The notes beneath the pieces were generated by a model that saw nothing but the letters and a program-made list of their open reading frames with translations, made no database searches and was not told the DNA's origin. Shown here piece after piece: positions 1 to 10,081 of a DNA stretch of 64,000 nucleotides (the stretch's first letter is position 1; every line of letters starts with the position of its first letter). The translations under genes and the position numbers were made by a program. Origin of the DNA: Pyrodictiaceae archaeon (GTDB taxonomy: Archaea > Thermoproteota > Thermoprotei_A > Sulfolobales > Pyrodictiaceae); the NCBI GenBank assembly GCA_027036135.1, contig JALVSY010000030.1, positions 64,001 to 128,000 on the forward strand. Reading direction: 5' to 3'.

Positions 1-667
1 TACCGCGGAATTCGCCGTCGTAGACATAGTTGTCATAAATCTCATCGACTAAAAGCACTATTCTTTTCCTGCGAGCGAGTTCGTAGAGGGCCTCGATCTC
101 CTTGGGGGAGAAGAGTGAGCCAGTCGGGTTGTGGGGATTGTTAAGGACTATTAGCTTCGTCTTACTGGTTATAGCTGACTCCAGTGCCTCTAGGTCTAGG
201 CTGAAGCCCTCGCCGCTCCTCCACTTCATTGGGACAAAAACGGGCTTAGCACCACCGGCTCTAGCTGCCTCGGAGTAGGCGTAGTAGCTTGGCTCGGGGA
301 CTATTACTTCGTCGCCTGGGCTTACAAGAGCGAATATTGACATAAAAATAGCTGTCTTAGCACCTGTAGTTACTAGGACTTCGTTGGGAGAGACTTCGGC
401 TTGGTAGCGCTCGTTGAGGTAATCAGCTATTGCTTCTCGGAGCTCCTTTATTCCTTGGGCCTCGGTGTACCCGGTGAAGCCCTCGTCTAGGGCCTTCTTA
501 GCCTCCTCTATCACGTGGGCCGGTGGGCGGAAATCGGGCTGGCCGACGCCGAAGTTTACTACATGTATGCCCTTTGCTGCTAGTTCCTTGGCCTTGGCGA
601 TGTATATAAAGCCTTTTTCTCCGAGTAAGCGCGGGATAATGGGGCGCACAAGGCTCTCAACAACCAT
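1..667 (-). CDS. PLP-dependent class I/II (aspartate-type) aminotransferase, 3' end beyond the window
   Basis: Manual translation MVVESLVRPIIPRLLGEKGFIY...VNFGVGQPDF...LNNPHNPTG...LLVDEIYD; GGAGG RBS upstream; absent from the ORF track. Confidence 0.9.
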   Translation of the reverse strand, partial: MVVESLVRPIIPRLLGEKGFIYIAKAKELAAKGIHVVNFGVGQPDFRPPAHVIEEAKKALDEGFTGYTEAQGIKELREAIADYLNERYQAEVSPNEVLVTTGAKTAIFMSIFALVSPGDEVIVPEPSYYAYSEAARAGGAKPVFVPMKWRSGEGFSLDLEALESAITSKTKLIVLNNPHNPTGSLFSPKEIEALYELARRKRIVLLVDEIYDNYVYDGEFRG

Positions 668-830
668 GGCCTCCTCTTCCTCCGCGTAGTAGTCGTTGAT
701 AAGCGAAGTACTTGTGCAGAGTGGTCTAGGCGCACAATTCCCTCCAAGCGTAGGGTACAGTGTCTAAAATACTCTTAGCAGAGCGTGTAGATGAATTGGT
801 CGCTTACTCGTATAGGGGATAGACTGCATC

Positions 831-1601
831 ATGCCCGAGGAGAGCCAGTCCCTGGCCAGTATTGTAATCAAGATTGCTGGGCAAATTATAGGGCTTAACC
901 CTAATGCTTTGGAGAAGAAGTTCAAGGCTCGCGAGATATACCAAGGGTACCGTGTTGAGCAGCCACTAGCTCTGCGCCTTGACGGTGTTGGCTGGGGACG
1001 TAGGCTTAGGGATAGGTACGAGTGGCCCCGAGACGAGCGTGTTCACAGAGCACTTATTGTTGCAGCCGTGAGGCTCCTAGAGGAGTTTAATGCGTGTTGT
1101 GGACTAGTCGTAAGCGATGAGGTAAGCATAATTATTGGTAACGAGCCCCCGTATGGCGGGCGCGTAGAGAAGCTCGTGAGTATATCTGCTGGCTTAGTCT
1201 CAGCCACTATTAGCAGTGTTCTCGGCGAGGAGCTCTACGTGGACTCACGCATAGTGAAGCTATACGGTGCCAACGATGCAGCAGAGTATCTCCTTTACCG
1301 AATACGTGTAGGCTTCAATAACTATGTATCCAGTATTTATCATAGCATGGTACCCGGGGAGAAAGGTCGTACCCCTAGCCTCCCAGAGATGCTCCAAAAA
1401 CTAACAGAGATGGAGACACCGCCCTCGCTATGGGAGCCATGGCGCTTGCTCGGGACATGTATAGCTCGTACACAGTCCCTACGAGTACTTGATGATGCAG
1501 TTGCTGAGAGGAGACGCATAATAGCTCTTGACGCCTCTCCATCTCTCTGCAAAAAGGCTACAGACTCGTCCCTAGGACACGTAGCGGTTCATAGGATGTA
1601 G
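831..1601 (+). CDS. tRNA(His) guanylyltransferase Thg1-like protein
   Basis: RLDGxGW, SDE, GRVEKLVS and DSR motifs. Confidence 0.85.
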   Translation: MPEESQSLASIVIKIAGQIIGLNPNALEKKFKAREIYQGYRVEQPLALRLDGVGWGRRLRDRYEWPRDERVHRALIVAAVRLLEEFNACCGLVVSDEVSIIIGNEPPYGGRVEKLVSISAGLVSATISSVLGEELYVDSRIVKLYGANDAAEYLLYRIRVGFNNYVSSIYHSMVPGEKGRTPSLPEMLQKLTEMETPPSLWEPWRLLGTCIARTQSLRVLDDAVAERRRIIALDASPSLCKKATDSSLGHVAVHRM

Positions 1602-1649
1602 TCTCCGGGGAGCCGCTCTTTATCCTCGCGGAGAGAGTTATCAAAAACG

Positions 1650-2093
1650 GTGAATATTTTGAAACTCATACACATAAGAGTAGTCGCGAGGAACCAGGAA
1701 GGCTACCTGGTAAGAGCACAGGCTAGGAGCCACGAACTGGTACTAGATGAGCCCCGGGAGAGCGGGGGAACTGACCAAGGCCCAACGCCCCTAGAGGCTC
1801 TACTAGCCGCGCTAGCTGGCTGCCTCATGATGACTCTAAGGCTGCACGCACAGCGAAGCCGAGTAGACATAGAGAGTATAGAGGCCGTGGCCGAGGCCTA
1901 CGTGGATCCGAGAGGATTTATTGGAAAAGCTAAACCAGGGCTCCAGGACACCAAGCTCCGCCTAGTAGTAAGGAGTAGCGCGGACCCTGAGAAAGTCAAG
2001 GAACTAGTCCATAACGCGGAGAAGTACTGCCCCGTAGCTGATACACTGCGCTCGGAGACCTCGGTGAAGCTGGAAATTGAGATCAAGGAGTGA
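1650..2093 (+). CDS. OsmC/Ohr family protein
   Basis: DEP..GG.D.GPTP.E.LL.ALAGC and CPV..TL. Confidence 0.9.
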   Translation: MNILKLIHIRVVARNQEGYLVRAQARSHELVLDEPRESGGTDQGPTPLEALLAALAGCLMMTLRLHAQRSRVDIESIEAVAEAYVDPRGFIGKAKPGLQDTKLRLVVRSSADPEKVKELVHNAEKYCPVADTLRSETSVKLEIEIKE

Positions 2094-2169
2094 CTATTAG
2101 GGCCAAAGGCAAGGAATGTTAGAGAAATTCGCGTAATCCTTAACAATACTCTAGTGATCAATAATCATG

Positions 2170-2240
2170 GTGAGTGATGAGCCCGCCCTTGCCCGAGAAG
2201 GCAAGGGATGCGGGACCTCGTCGCCGCGGTTTGCTGACAC
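2170..2240 (+). ncRNA. C/D-box-like sRNA with a long internal hairpin
   Basis: GTGATGA at 2174-2180, CTGA at 2234-2237, terminal GTG/CAC stem, internal CCTTGCC/GGCAAGG hairpin, T-rich tail. Confidence 0.65.
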
Positions 2241-2283
2241 TTTTTCTCTCCTTCGAGAGCCCTTGATGCAGGTGCACCCTTAA

Positions 2284-3073
2284 TCAAGGCTCTATGGCTG
2301 TGAGTGCCTCGAGCCTTATCTGTTCAACAACCTTGCTCTTTATCCATGGAGGCTCCATTGGTATGAGCTCGTCTATTATCTGTGCTAGCTCAGGGGAAAG
2401 CCTTATAGAGCCGCTTATCAGCATCTTTGTAAAGGCCTTTGTTGCCAGGTAGGCTGCATAAACTCTATTATTATTTGGAAGCGTTGTTGAGGCAAGTTCG
2501 TATAGTGTCTTATAGACTAGCTTTACGTGGCTCTTGTCCCCAAGGTAGAGGTAGGCGCCACGAGGCCCCTTACCGGCAAGGGAATACAGCGTCTCCATGA
2601 TCCTCGCCGGGATAGCTACGTAGACCGCGTTGTCAATCCTCATCACTGCTGGCATCGCGTGCCAAGCAGCCTTATGAACCAGCACCGCTAGCGCGCTTTG
2701 AAGACCCTCGTTCCCCTTCTTACCCGGCAAGGGCGAGCCACTAAGCTGGACTACTTGTAGGCCCGCGCCACGCCTATAGGTATAGAACACTACGAGGCTG
2801 CCAACACCCAGGCTCCTTGCTGCCTCGAGAAGCCACTCAGCAACTATGCCTGCCTCCCTAGGCTCTAGCACCTTTGTCGGGCTAAAGACGGCGACCTCCC
2901 TAACAAACATTAGGACTGGTAGAACCATTATCCCGACAATCCCTGCCACTATGGCTGCTGCCGCGACACTGGTACCAGCTGCCACGAGAACACTGAGGAG
3001 ACCCAGTGCTATGAGTAGCGAGCCTATATCGGGCCTAGGCGGCAGCTTCCTAGACCTAGTCCTTATAACCCAT
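2284..3073 (-). CDS. hypothetical membrane protein; 5' end apparently frameshifted
   Basis: Reading frame extends upstream of 2985 (RSRKLPPRPDIGSLLIALG...); ATG at 3073 is off-frame by one G in a GGG run. Confidence 0.55.
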
Positions 3074-3223
3074 CACCTAGAGAGCTAAGGGAGGAACAGA
3101 CGCTGTCCGCTTCTATAAGAGTAGCGGTAAGCCTAGAATTAAGTCTTGTTAAGAATAAGCAGCTATGACAAGAGTATAAAGGATTAAGAGGCTAAGAAGC
3201 GACAAGAATACGTGAAAAAATAG

Positions 3224-4090
3224 CTACTTTCTCGGAACAGCTAGTTTCGTACAGCTCTTGTGCACATAGGCTTCTCCTACCTTGACGAAGTCCTCGGGGT
3301 TACCGGGTGGGTACTCGTAGAGCGTGCAGTCAGGTATACCTGCTTCGAGGAATGCCTGGTGCCTGTTCCGGCAGCTCTCGCAGCGCCCGCAGTGATATTT
3401 GCCGCTAAGATAGCAGCTCCATGTCTCATAGATTAGGTCGCCGAGTAGCTCATAGTTTCTGCGCAGGTTCTCCGCCTTGGTGAGGCCTTGCCGGCTCGGA
3501 CTCCATATCTCTATGCGCCTTGCTCCACGGAAGTGACAGATACGGAAAGCTGCCTGTAGTGCCTCTATGCACTCGGGGCTGCAGTCGGGATAGAGTGGCT
3601 CCCATGTGTCCTTCCTCGGGGCTATATCGTTGTAGTGGGCTCCGTAGACCACGTAGATGTTCTCGTCGGGATACATGTCTAGGAGGCTATAGGCGTAAGC
3701 GGTGGCGATACTGAGCATCACGACGTTCCTTATGGGGACAACTACTGTTGGCTGATACTCCTCCTCTACTCTTATCTCCTCGCTAGTAAGCTGGCTAGTC
3801 GTCCACAAGTTCTTCATGAAGCTCATGTCTATTATTTTGTGCTCTACTATCTCTCCCCATCCCTTCTCCCTTGCAAGCTCCCTGGTCTTCTCTATCAGCT
3901 TACTAGCGACTTCGAGCTCCTTGCTCCCTTTCTGACCATAGTTGAAGCTAAGGGCGTGAACCTTACAGCCACGTGCAAGCCACTGAACCATGTAGCCGAA
4001 GCTGTCCGGGCCACCACTAACAATAGCGACTACCCTACAAGGTTTCTTTACCTGTGGTTCAACACCTCTGCGCAGCGCGGTCTCCGCCAT
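3224..4090 (-). CDS. queC: 7-cyano-7-deazaguanine (preQ0) synthase
   Basis: SGGPDS, YGQK, VPIRN, YPDC, TWSCY..CG.C.SC. Confidence 0.93.
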   Translation of the reverse strand: MAETALRRGVEPQVKKPCRVVAIVSGGPDSFGYMVQWLARGCKVHALSFNYGQKGSKELEVASKLIEKTRELAREKGWGEIVEHKIIDMSFMKNLWTTSQLTSEEIRVEEEYQPTVVVPIRNVVMLSIATAYAYSLLDMYPDENIYVVYGAHYNDIAPRKDTWEPLYPDCSPECIEALQAAFRICHFRGARRIEIWSPSRQGLTKAENLRRNYELLGDLIYETWSCYLSGKYHCGRCESCRNRHQAFLEAGIPDCTLYEYPPGNPEDFVKVGEAYVHKSCTKLAVPRK

Positions 4091-4218
4091 AGTTACCTCC
4101 CCCTCTACTCCTCAGAGAAGTGCTTCCCTATGCTAGGGCTCTATCATGTTCAACCACTTTTAAACAAATATCACCACACCCTAGCAACACAAACACCCAG
4201 GGAGAGTACCTGCTCCTA

Positions 4219-4304
4219 GCCGATGAGGTACTGGGATCAACGATGCAGAAACTGAGCCTCCCCTCTGGGAGGGGAGGGATGCGCTAGCCTGCCGCCTCCG
4301 AGGC
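4219..4304 (+). ncRNA. C/D-box sRNA complementary to tRNA-Cys (predicted Gm26 guide)
   Basis: K-turn-compatible ATGAGG/CCGA, D' CTGA, internal hairpin; 4231-4242 and 4286-4297 each match the tRNA-Cys antisense strand 11/12, the mismatch giving a G-U pair. Confidence 0.7.
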
Positions 4305-4367
4305 CCCCTCCCATCCTCTGGTAAGGAGTTATTGAGAAGCCAAGGACCCTGGGTTAATTAGGGAATA

Positions 4368-5525
4368 GTGCGGAGAATTGTTCTTTCTTGGATGCAGGCG
4401 ATGAGTGTTAGGCGCTTCCTTGAGGAGAAACTCGGCCCCGTGACTAGGTTATCTGAGGAGCTGCTTTCGCTGCGTAGGAGTCTCGTCTCAACACTACTTG
4501 GCCGTGACGTCTCCGAGCTACTGAGCGACGAGTACCTGGCCGAGATTGTTCTAGGCGGGCTACGAGCCGAGGATTGGAGGAGACCAAGATACCCGCCAGG
4601 AAGCCTTGCCGGCTTCTATCACGATGTGCTAGGCATTGGAGTGGATAATCTTAAGCTACTCCTAGCCCGTCTGAGCGATGGCCTCCCCCTCCGCATAGCA
4701 ACACGAGGCATAAGGGTTATTGCGGAGGATACCGAGCCTCTTCAGCTAATCCATGAGATAAACTCGTTGTCCAAAGCTATACTAGAGAAACTTGGCAAGA
4801 AAACAGTAGTTACACCAGCCAATAGAGAGCCGGGCGAGCAACACGCGGCCTTAGAGGTTCTAGAGGAGCTCCTACGAGCAATAACAGAGACGCTCCCACC
4901 CTACTCTAGGGAGGCACAAATCCTCTTCAGTGCAGGGAATGGTTCCCTACCAAGAAAGCTCTACGAACAACTAGGCAACGAGGAGCAAAAAGAGCTCCAG
5001 GAACTAGGCCTAGGCGAGGAGAAGAGGCTACCGGGCTGCCCCAATGACTCTGCTCGGTGCCTCCTCGGGGCAAAGAAGGGCTCTGTAATCAGTCTCTACT
5101 ACTGCTACGCCATAGCAGCTATGAGGCTAACCCAGGATAAGAGCATAAGAAGCTACTACAATGTACAAGACGCTCTCCAAGACCTACTAGGAACAATAGA
5201 CGAGAAAACACTAACAGATCCACTCCTACAAGAACTAGCCCAATATTCTCGGAAAACACCATGCCTACCAAAGAAAGAATGCAAAACCCCGCCACCATGT
5301 ATACCGACCGGCTATGTCTTAGCAGAGATAAACCTACCCATAAGCGACGTCATAGTACAACTACCAGCAAACCGTGAAACAACCATAGGGGAGATACTCG
5401 AGAAAATCTATCCCCAACTATGCAAGGGACTAGCACAAATAACTATAGACGAGCAAAACCACATACAACTCCAATTCGCCGTGAAAACCGCGCTCCCTAC
5501 ACCGTTCCTACAGGAAACCCACTAA
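4368..5525 (+). CDS. hypothetical protein (start possibly 4401)
   Basis: 385-aa ORF; no recognised motif. Confidence 0.7.
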   Translation: MRRIVLSWMQAMSVRRFLEEKLGPVTRLSEELLSLRRSLVSTLLGRDVSELLSDEYLAEIVLGGLRAEDWRRPRYPPGSLAGFYHDVLGIGVDNLKLLLARLSDGLPLRIATRGIRVIAEDTEPLQLIHEINSLSKAILEKLGKKTVVTPANREPGEQHAALEVLEELLRAITETLPPYSREAQILFSAGNGSLPRKLYEQLGNEEQKELQELGLGEEKRLPGCPNDSARCLLGAKKGSVISLYYCYAIAAMRLTQDKSIRSYYNVQDALQDLLGTIDEKTLTDPLLQELAQYSRKTPCLPKKECKTPPPCIPTGYVLAEINLPISDVIVQLPANRETTIGEILEKIYPQLCKGLAQITIDEQNHIQLQFAVKTALPTPFLQETH

Positions 5526-5565
5526 GCATAAATACAACCTCTACATCTAATAAAACAGATGGGTG

Positions 5566-6187
5566 GGAACCCGGGACCCCTAATCCCCTCAGGGGGATAG
5601 GAAGACATAAAACAACACCATACATTATTTCCTGCTATTTTATCATAAATAAAGCATCATTATCAATTCTATCATGTATCAACTAGTGTTGGCTTCCTCG
5701 CATAGGGGATTCATAAACACAAAATCGTGGATATATGAATTTGGAATTTAATGTGTCCCGAGACCTATAATAAAATAAATGCCCTACACATGGCCAAACT
5801 TCTACCAGCATAGCAATGAAGTAGATGAGCCCACAGAGCTATGCTGTTAGGGATCTTATCGTTAATTATTTAATAGACGCCGTCTCCCTCGGCGGAGCCC
5901 TTCGTTAAAAGGATAATGTATCATGATTGCTACAAAGACAGCAGAGGTAAAACAATACCTAATTCAACTTTGGTCACGCTATCAAGGCTCTCTGGCTGCG
6001 TAGATAAATAGCCGTTCTGGGATAAACTAAGAGCGTTGATGATACCAATAAGTTACTGTTAAGTCATGCAATCCCCTAAGTCAAAAGCCATAGTTATGAC
6101 GGACAGCCTTATTGGGTAACTGTGAATGAATGTATCATAATATTGTTGCCAGTTCCTTCCCCTGAGGGAGGGATAGTCCCGGGTTCC
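5566..6187. other. AT-rich intergenic region bounded by inverted repeats; candidate replication origin
   Basis: GGAACCCGGGAC...CCCTCAGGGG at about 5566-5596, inverted copy at about 6158-6187; AT-rich interior; skew switch; cdc6 1.8 kb downstream. Confidence 0.45.
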
Positions 6188-6266
6188 GCGCTTCTTCTTT
6201 CCCGCTGATTATCTGCATAGTTGTTATTTTTGGTTTGTTTTAGGTGTTCTTTCCCGGGCTCTTGGC

Positions 6267-7901
6267 TTGGCTGGTGAGCTTTCTAGGGCTTTGCTACGCA
6301 TTGATGGGCGTGGCTATAGGAGTTATCGTGTTCTTCGCGGTCTCTGTGAAGACGTTAGTGGTGTTGGGGTTTGTGTTAGGAGGGTTCAGGGTGATCCTTT
6401 TGCTCCTCCCAGTGTTGTTGAGGCTAGGTTCTCGCTAAGCGTTGTTCCTAGGTCTTTGCTGCGTTACGGTGTTGCTGTTGCTGATTATCTTCTCCGTGTT
6501 CTACGCGATGAGTTGGAGGCTCGTAGGAGGAGGCTTGGGGAGGGGCATAGCGGGTTTCTCGGTGTTCCCCATCCATCTCCCATTATTATTAGGCGTAGTG
6601 CTCTCATCGTTCGCGGCGAAATGGGGGTTGCTAGGGTATGGGTTGGTCTTCCTTCTCGTCGTCGCCGTGTCCTTGGTGAGGAGGCTCGCTGGCTTCTCCT
6701 CGAGGCTGTTCCGGGCGCTATTCGTGCTACGCTGAGACGTGCTGGGGAGAGGCTAGGTGATCTTGAGGGGCATGTTCGGGCTTGGAGGCTTCAGGAGGAG
6801 CTTAGGTCTAGGCTTCCCAGGCTGGGACTTGTCTCATTTATTGGTGATGGCTCTATTCTTCCTAGGCGTTGTGGTGGTTGCTGGGACTCGCTGCCCGGTG
6901 CTGTCCCGTTTGAGTCTCCTCCCAGTCTTCGTGTCGAGGTTGAGACTGAGTGCTGTGGCTTGGTTACTGGCATGGGTATTAAGCGGGGCGTCACCGTTAT
7001 TGCTGGTAGCGCTTTCCATGGGAAGACTACCTTGTTAGAGGCTATTGCTAGCGGTGTATGGAACCATGTCCCGGGCGATGGGAGGGAGCGTGTAGTCACT
7101 ATACGTAGTGCTATGTATGTCCGTGCAGAGGATGGGCGCTATATTAGCTGTGTTGATGTAGACTCGTTTATCCATGACTTGCCGGGTGGGCGTCCAACCA
7201 AGTGCTTCTCGACAAGCGATGCTAGTGGGGCTACTAGTGTTGCTGCTGCTATACAAGAGGCTGTTGAGGTTGGCGCGGAGCTATTGTTGTTTGATGAGGA
7301 TACTAGTGCTACTAATATGCTCTATTTGGATGAAAGGGCTAAGCCCCTTACGCGTAGGCATACTGTTACCCCGCTAGCCGAGCTAGCCAGGAGCATGAAG
7401 GAGAAGGGGATATCGCTGGTCATTGTCTCTACGGGCTCGCTACCATTACTAGCCGTGGCAGATACCGTTATCGTTATGGAGGATTACCGCGCAAGAGACG
7501 CCACCTCGGATGCTAAGAGCCTAGCTAAGAGCATCGAGCAAGGCAAGGGGGCCTACAAGCCTCCTAGGAAGAGAATCATCAAGCATGTCACGGGTCTCGT
7601 GAAGCCCCGTGCAAGAGCGGGCATGCTTACTGCTAAGAACCTTGAGGCGCCACTACCTCTTACAAATAATATTCACTTGGCTGAGGAGTCACAGCTAAAC
7701 GCATTGGTGGCGATAGCTGCAAGGATAAGCAAGGAGAAGGGACGACTCTTAGCCGAAGTCGTTAAGGAATACGAGGAGAGGATAATCGAGGATCCCTCGT
7801 GGCTAGGCGAGAGCCCGGGACTAGGCGAGGTTAGGGGACTGGATATTGCTTTCCTTGCTAATCGGCTCCCATTAGCGGTCATGAGGCCTAGCCGTGACTA
7901 A
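6267..7901 (+). CDS. ABC-class ATPase domain protein (COG3044-like)
   Basis: VQGDPFAPPS, GSAFHGKTTLL, RAEDGR, ASGATS, LLFDEDTSATN. Confidence 0.85.
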   Translation: MAGELSRALLRIDGRGYRSYRVLRGLCEDVSGVGVCVRRVQGDPFAPPSVVEARFSLSVVPRSLLRYGVAVADYLLRVLRDELEARRRRLGEGHSGFLGVPHPSPIIIRRSALIVRGEMGVARVWVGLPSRRRRVLGEEARWLLLEAVPGAIRATLRRAGERLGDLEGHVRAWRLQEELRSRLPRLGLVSFIGDGSILPRRCGGCWDSLPGAVPFESPPSLRVEVETECCGLVTGMGIKRGVTVIAGSAFHGKTTLLEAIASGVWNHVPGDGRERVVTIRSAMYVRAEDGRYISCVDVDSFIHDLPGGRPTKCFSTSDASGATSVAAAIQEAVEVGAELLLFDEDTSATNMLYLDERAKPLTRRHTVTPLAELARSMKEKGISLVIVSTGSLPLLAVADTVIVMEDYRARDATSDAKSLAKSIEQGKGAYKPPRKRIIKHVTGLVKPRARAGMLTAKNLEAPLPLTNNIHLAEESQLNALVAIAARISKEKGRLLAEVVKEYEERIIEDPSWLGESPGLGEVRGLDIAFLANRLPLAVMRPSRD

Positions 7902-7975
7902 TTCTTCAAGAATCCTTGCTAGTCCTATCCGGGCTGTGTTATGCCTGCTCGGTTTTAACGCGTCTAGGTGGCTAG

Positions 7976-9223
7976 TTGAAGCAAGAGAAACGGGGGCTCT
8001 GGGGGTTGAGCGATGTCCTTGACGAAATATTTGAGCGCGTAGTTGCCTCGAGGATATTCCGGAACCGTGACATACTGAGTCCAGACTACATACCGGATCG
8101 CCTCCCTCACCGAGAAGAGCAGATAAAGCGCGTGGGTAGTGTTCTTGCCCAGGCGCTCAAGAATAGTAGGCCGAACAACCTATTCATATACGGCTTAACG
8201 GGTACCGGTAAGACCGCTGTCACCCTGTATGTCCTGCGCCGCCTAGTTGAGAAGGCTAAGCAGCTGGGAGTACGGGTTAGCTACGTCTACGTCAATACTC
8301 GGCAGAGAGATACACCGTACAAGGTGTTGGCTGATATAGCCTCCTCGGTTGGGCTCCGTGTACCCTTCACGGGATTATCCACCGCCGAGATATACGCGAG
8401 GCTCGTGAGAGCACTATCGAGATGGGATGGTGTACTCATTATAGTCCTTGACGAGGTTGACTGGCTCGTCAGGAGAAGGGGCGATGACCTCCTCTACAAG
8501 CTCACGCGCATAGGCTATGACCTGCCACCGGGAAGCGCCAAGGTATCACTGGTCGGCATAACGAACGATGTCAGGTTTGTTGAGATGCTAGATGCGAGGG
8601 TTCGTAGTAGTCTAGGGGAGGAGGAGGTCATATTCCCACCCTATAATGCCGAGCAGCTACGAGACATCCTATGGGAGAGAGCTAGCCAAGCATTCCAGCC
8701 AGGAGTCATAGACGAGTCCGTTATCTCTTACTGCGCCGCGCTGGCTGCACGGGAACACGGGGATGCCCGGAGAGCGCTTGACCTCCTAAGAGTAGCGGGA
8801 GAAATGGCTGAGAGGGAGAACGCTCCAAGAGTAACAGTGGAGCACGTGAAGAAGGCATGGATACAGATAGAGAGGGACCGAATATACGAGGTCGTCTCAA
8901 CACTCCCCCTTCACGCCCGCTTAGCAATACTAGCTGCTATCCGTGCACAAAGAACCAGTGGGAGAGACTACACAACAACCGGGGAGCTCTACGCTCATTA
9001 CCGGGAACTAGCAACAAGGATAGGAGTTGAAGCAGTAACACAGAGAAGGATAAGCGACATAATAAACGAGCTAGACATGCTAGGCATACTCTCAGCCCGG
9101 GTAATAAGCCGAGGCAGATACGGGAAGACAAGGATGATAACACTAGCCGCAGACGAGGACACAGTGCTAGCAGCTATAGCACAAGACCCTAGACTAAGAG
9201 AAGTAGTAAACACTCTCCTCTAA
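7976..9223 (+). CDS. cdc6: Orc1/Cdc6 replication initiator
   Basis: YIPDRLPHRE, Walker A GLTGTGKT, LDEVD, GDARRALDLL, C-terminal GRYGKTR winged helix. Confidence 0.97.
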   Translation: MKQEKRGLWGLSDVLDEIFERVVASRIFRNRDILSPDYIPDRLPHREEQIKRVGSVLAQALKNSRPNNLFIYGLTGTGKTAVTLYVLRRLVEKAKQLGVRVSYVYVNTRQRDTPYKVLADIASSVGLRVPFTGLSTAEIYARLVRALSRWDGVLIIVLDEVDWLVRRRGDDLLYKLTRIGYDLPPGSAKVSLVGITNDVRFVEMLDARVRSSLGEEEVIFPPYNAEQLRDILWERASQAFQPGVIDESVISYCAALAAREHGDARRALDLLRVAGEMAERENAPRVTVEHVKKAWIQIERDRIYEVVSTLPLHARLAILAAIRAQRTSGRDYTTTGELYAHYRELATRIGVEAVTQRRISDIINELDMLGILSARVISRGRYGKTRMITLAADEDTVLAAIAQDPRLREVVNTLL

Positions 9224-9315
9224 GGAAGCCAAGGAGAGACCAGCTACTGCTAGGAAGCTAGGCACCGTAGTATAAATAATCCCCGGGCCCTCTGAGGGAT
9301 AATAGTCACGGGTAT

Positions 9316-9389
<74 letters not shown>

Positions 9390-9615
9390 CTACACCCGCT
9401 GCGGGCCTTGGCTACCGGGTCCACCTCCCTTATCTCCTTCTAGATAGCCCCGTAAACCAATACAAAGAATCATAGACAATGCGTTAACCGCTGCTATCGT
9501 GCCTACATCCTCGTCTATAAAGTTATATGAAAGCAATAGAGGATAATATAGAATCGATAAATGGCGTAAAGGGAAAAAGGTGTACTGATTTAAAATATTG
9601 AATAAGGCTTTCCTC

Positions 9616-10059
9616 TTACTTTCTTTTCTCTGCTTTTGAGCGAATACACGCACCTAGGTTCTTTGCTATAGCTATTAGGAACCCGAGGCCTATTTGGACA
9701 TCCTTGTCGCCTAGCACTCTCAGCAGCCCAAATGTTGAAACTGGCTGTACGTTCTCCACCTTTGTCGATGCCAGTGACTTGAATAGGCACTCTGAGGCCT
9801 GCTCCACTGTTAGCCTTAGATCCAGTACTTCTTCTGGCTTAAGCTTGCCTATCGCTGCTGTCGCAGCGTCTCCCAGTGCTGCGAAGCGGTGCAGAGGCAC
9901 CTCGTTGGCCACGTAGGCGAATATCTCGGCGCTTCTCTCAGCTATCACTCGTAGCGCATCTAGTATACCGCTCTCCTTGAGCTTTACGGCAGTCTCTACG
10001 AGCGCCTCAAGCGCTTTGAGGCTTTCCTCATCTAGGAGAACTTTTTCCTGCGCAGCCAT
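9616..10059 (-). CDS. DUF1641-like protein
   Basis: L.ESGILD.L and GLLR.L.D.DVQ.GLGFL; typical partner of SQR-like genes. Confidence 0.8.
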   Translation of the reverse strand: MAAQEKVLLDEESLKALEALVETAVKLKESGILDALRVIAERSAEIFAYVANEVPLHRFAALGDAATAAIGKLKPEEVLDLRLTVEQASECLFKSLASTKVENVQPVSTFGLLRVLGDKDVQIGLGFLIAIAKNLGACIRSKAEKRK

Positions 10060-10081
10060 TACAGTTCACCTCCTATACGTG

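Noticed and set aside
3224-4090. queC as part of a Dpd/Qat-type defence system
   Set aside because: No defence neighbours; consistent with housekeeping archaeosine precursor synthesis
4368-5525. WhiP initiator call for the ORF beside the candidate origin
   Set aside because: No recognisable winged-helix pattern; cannot be supported without a search
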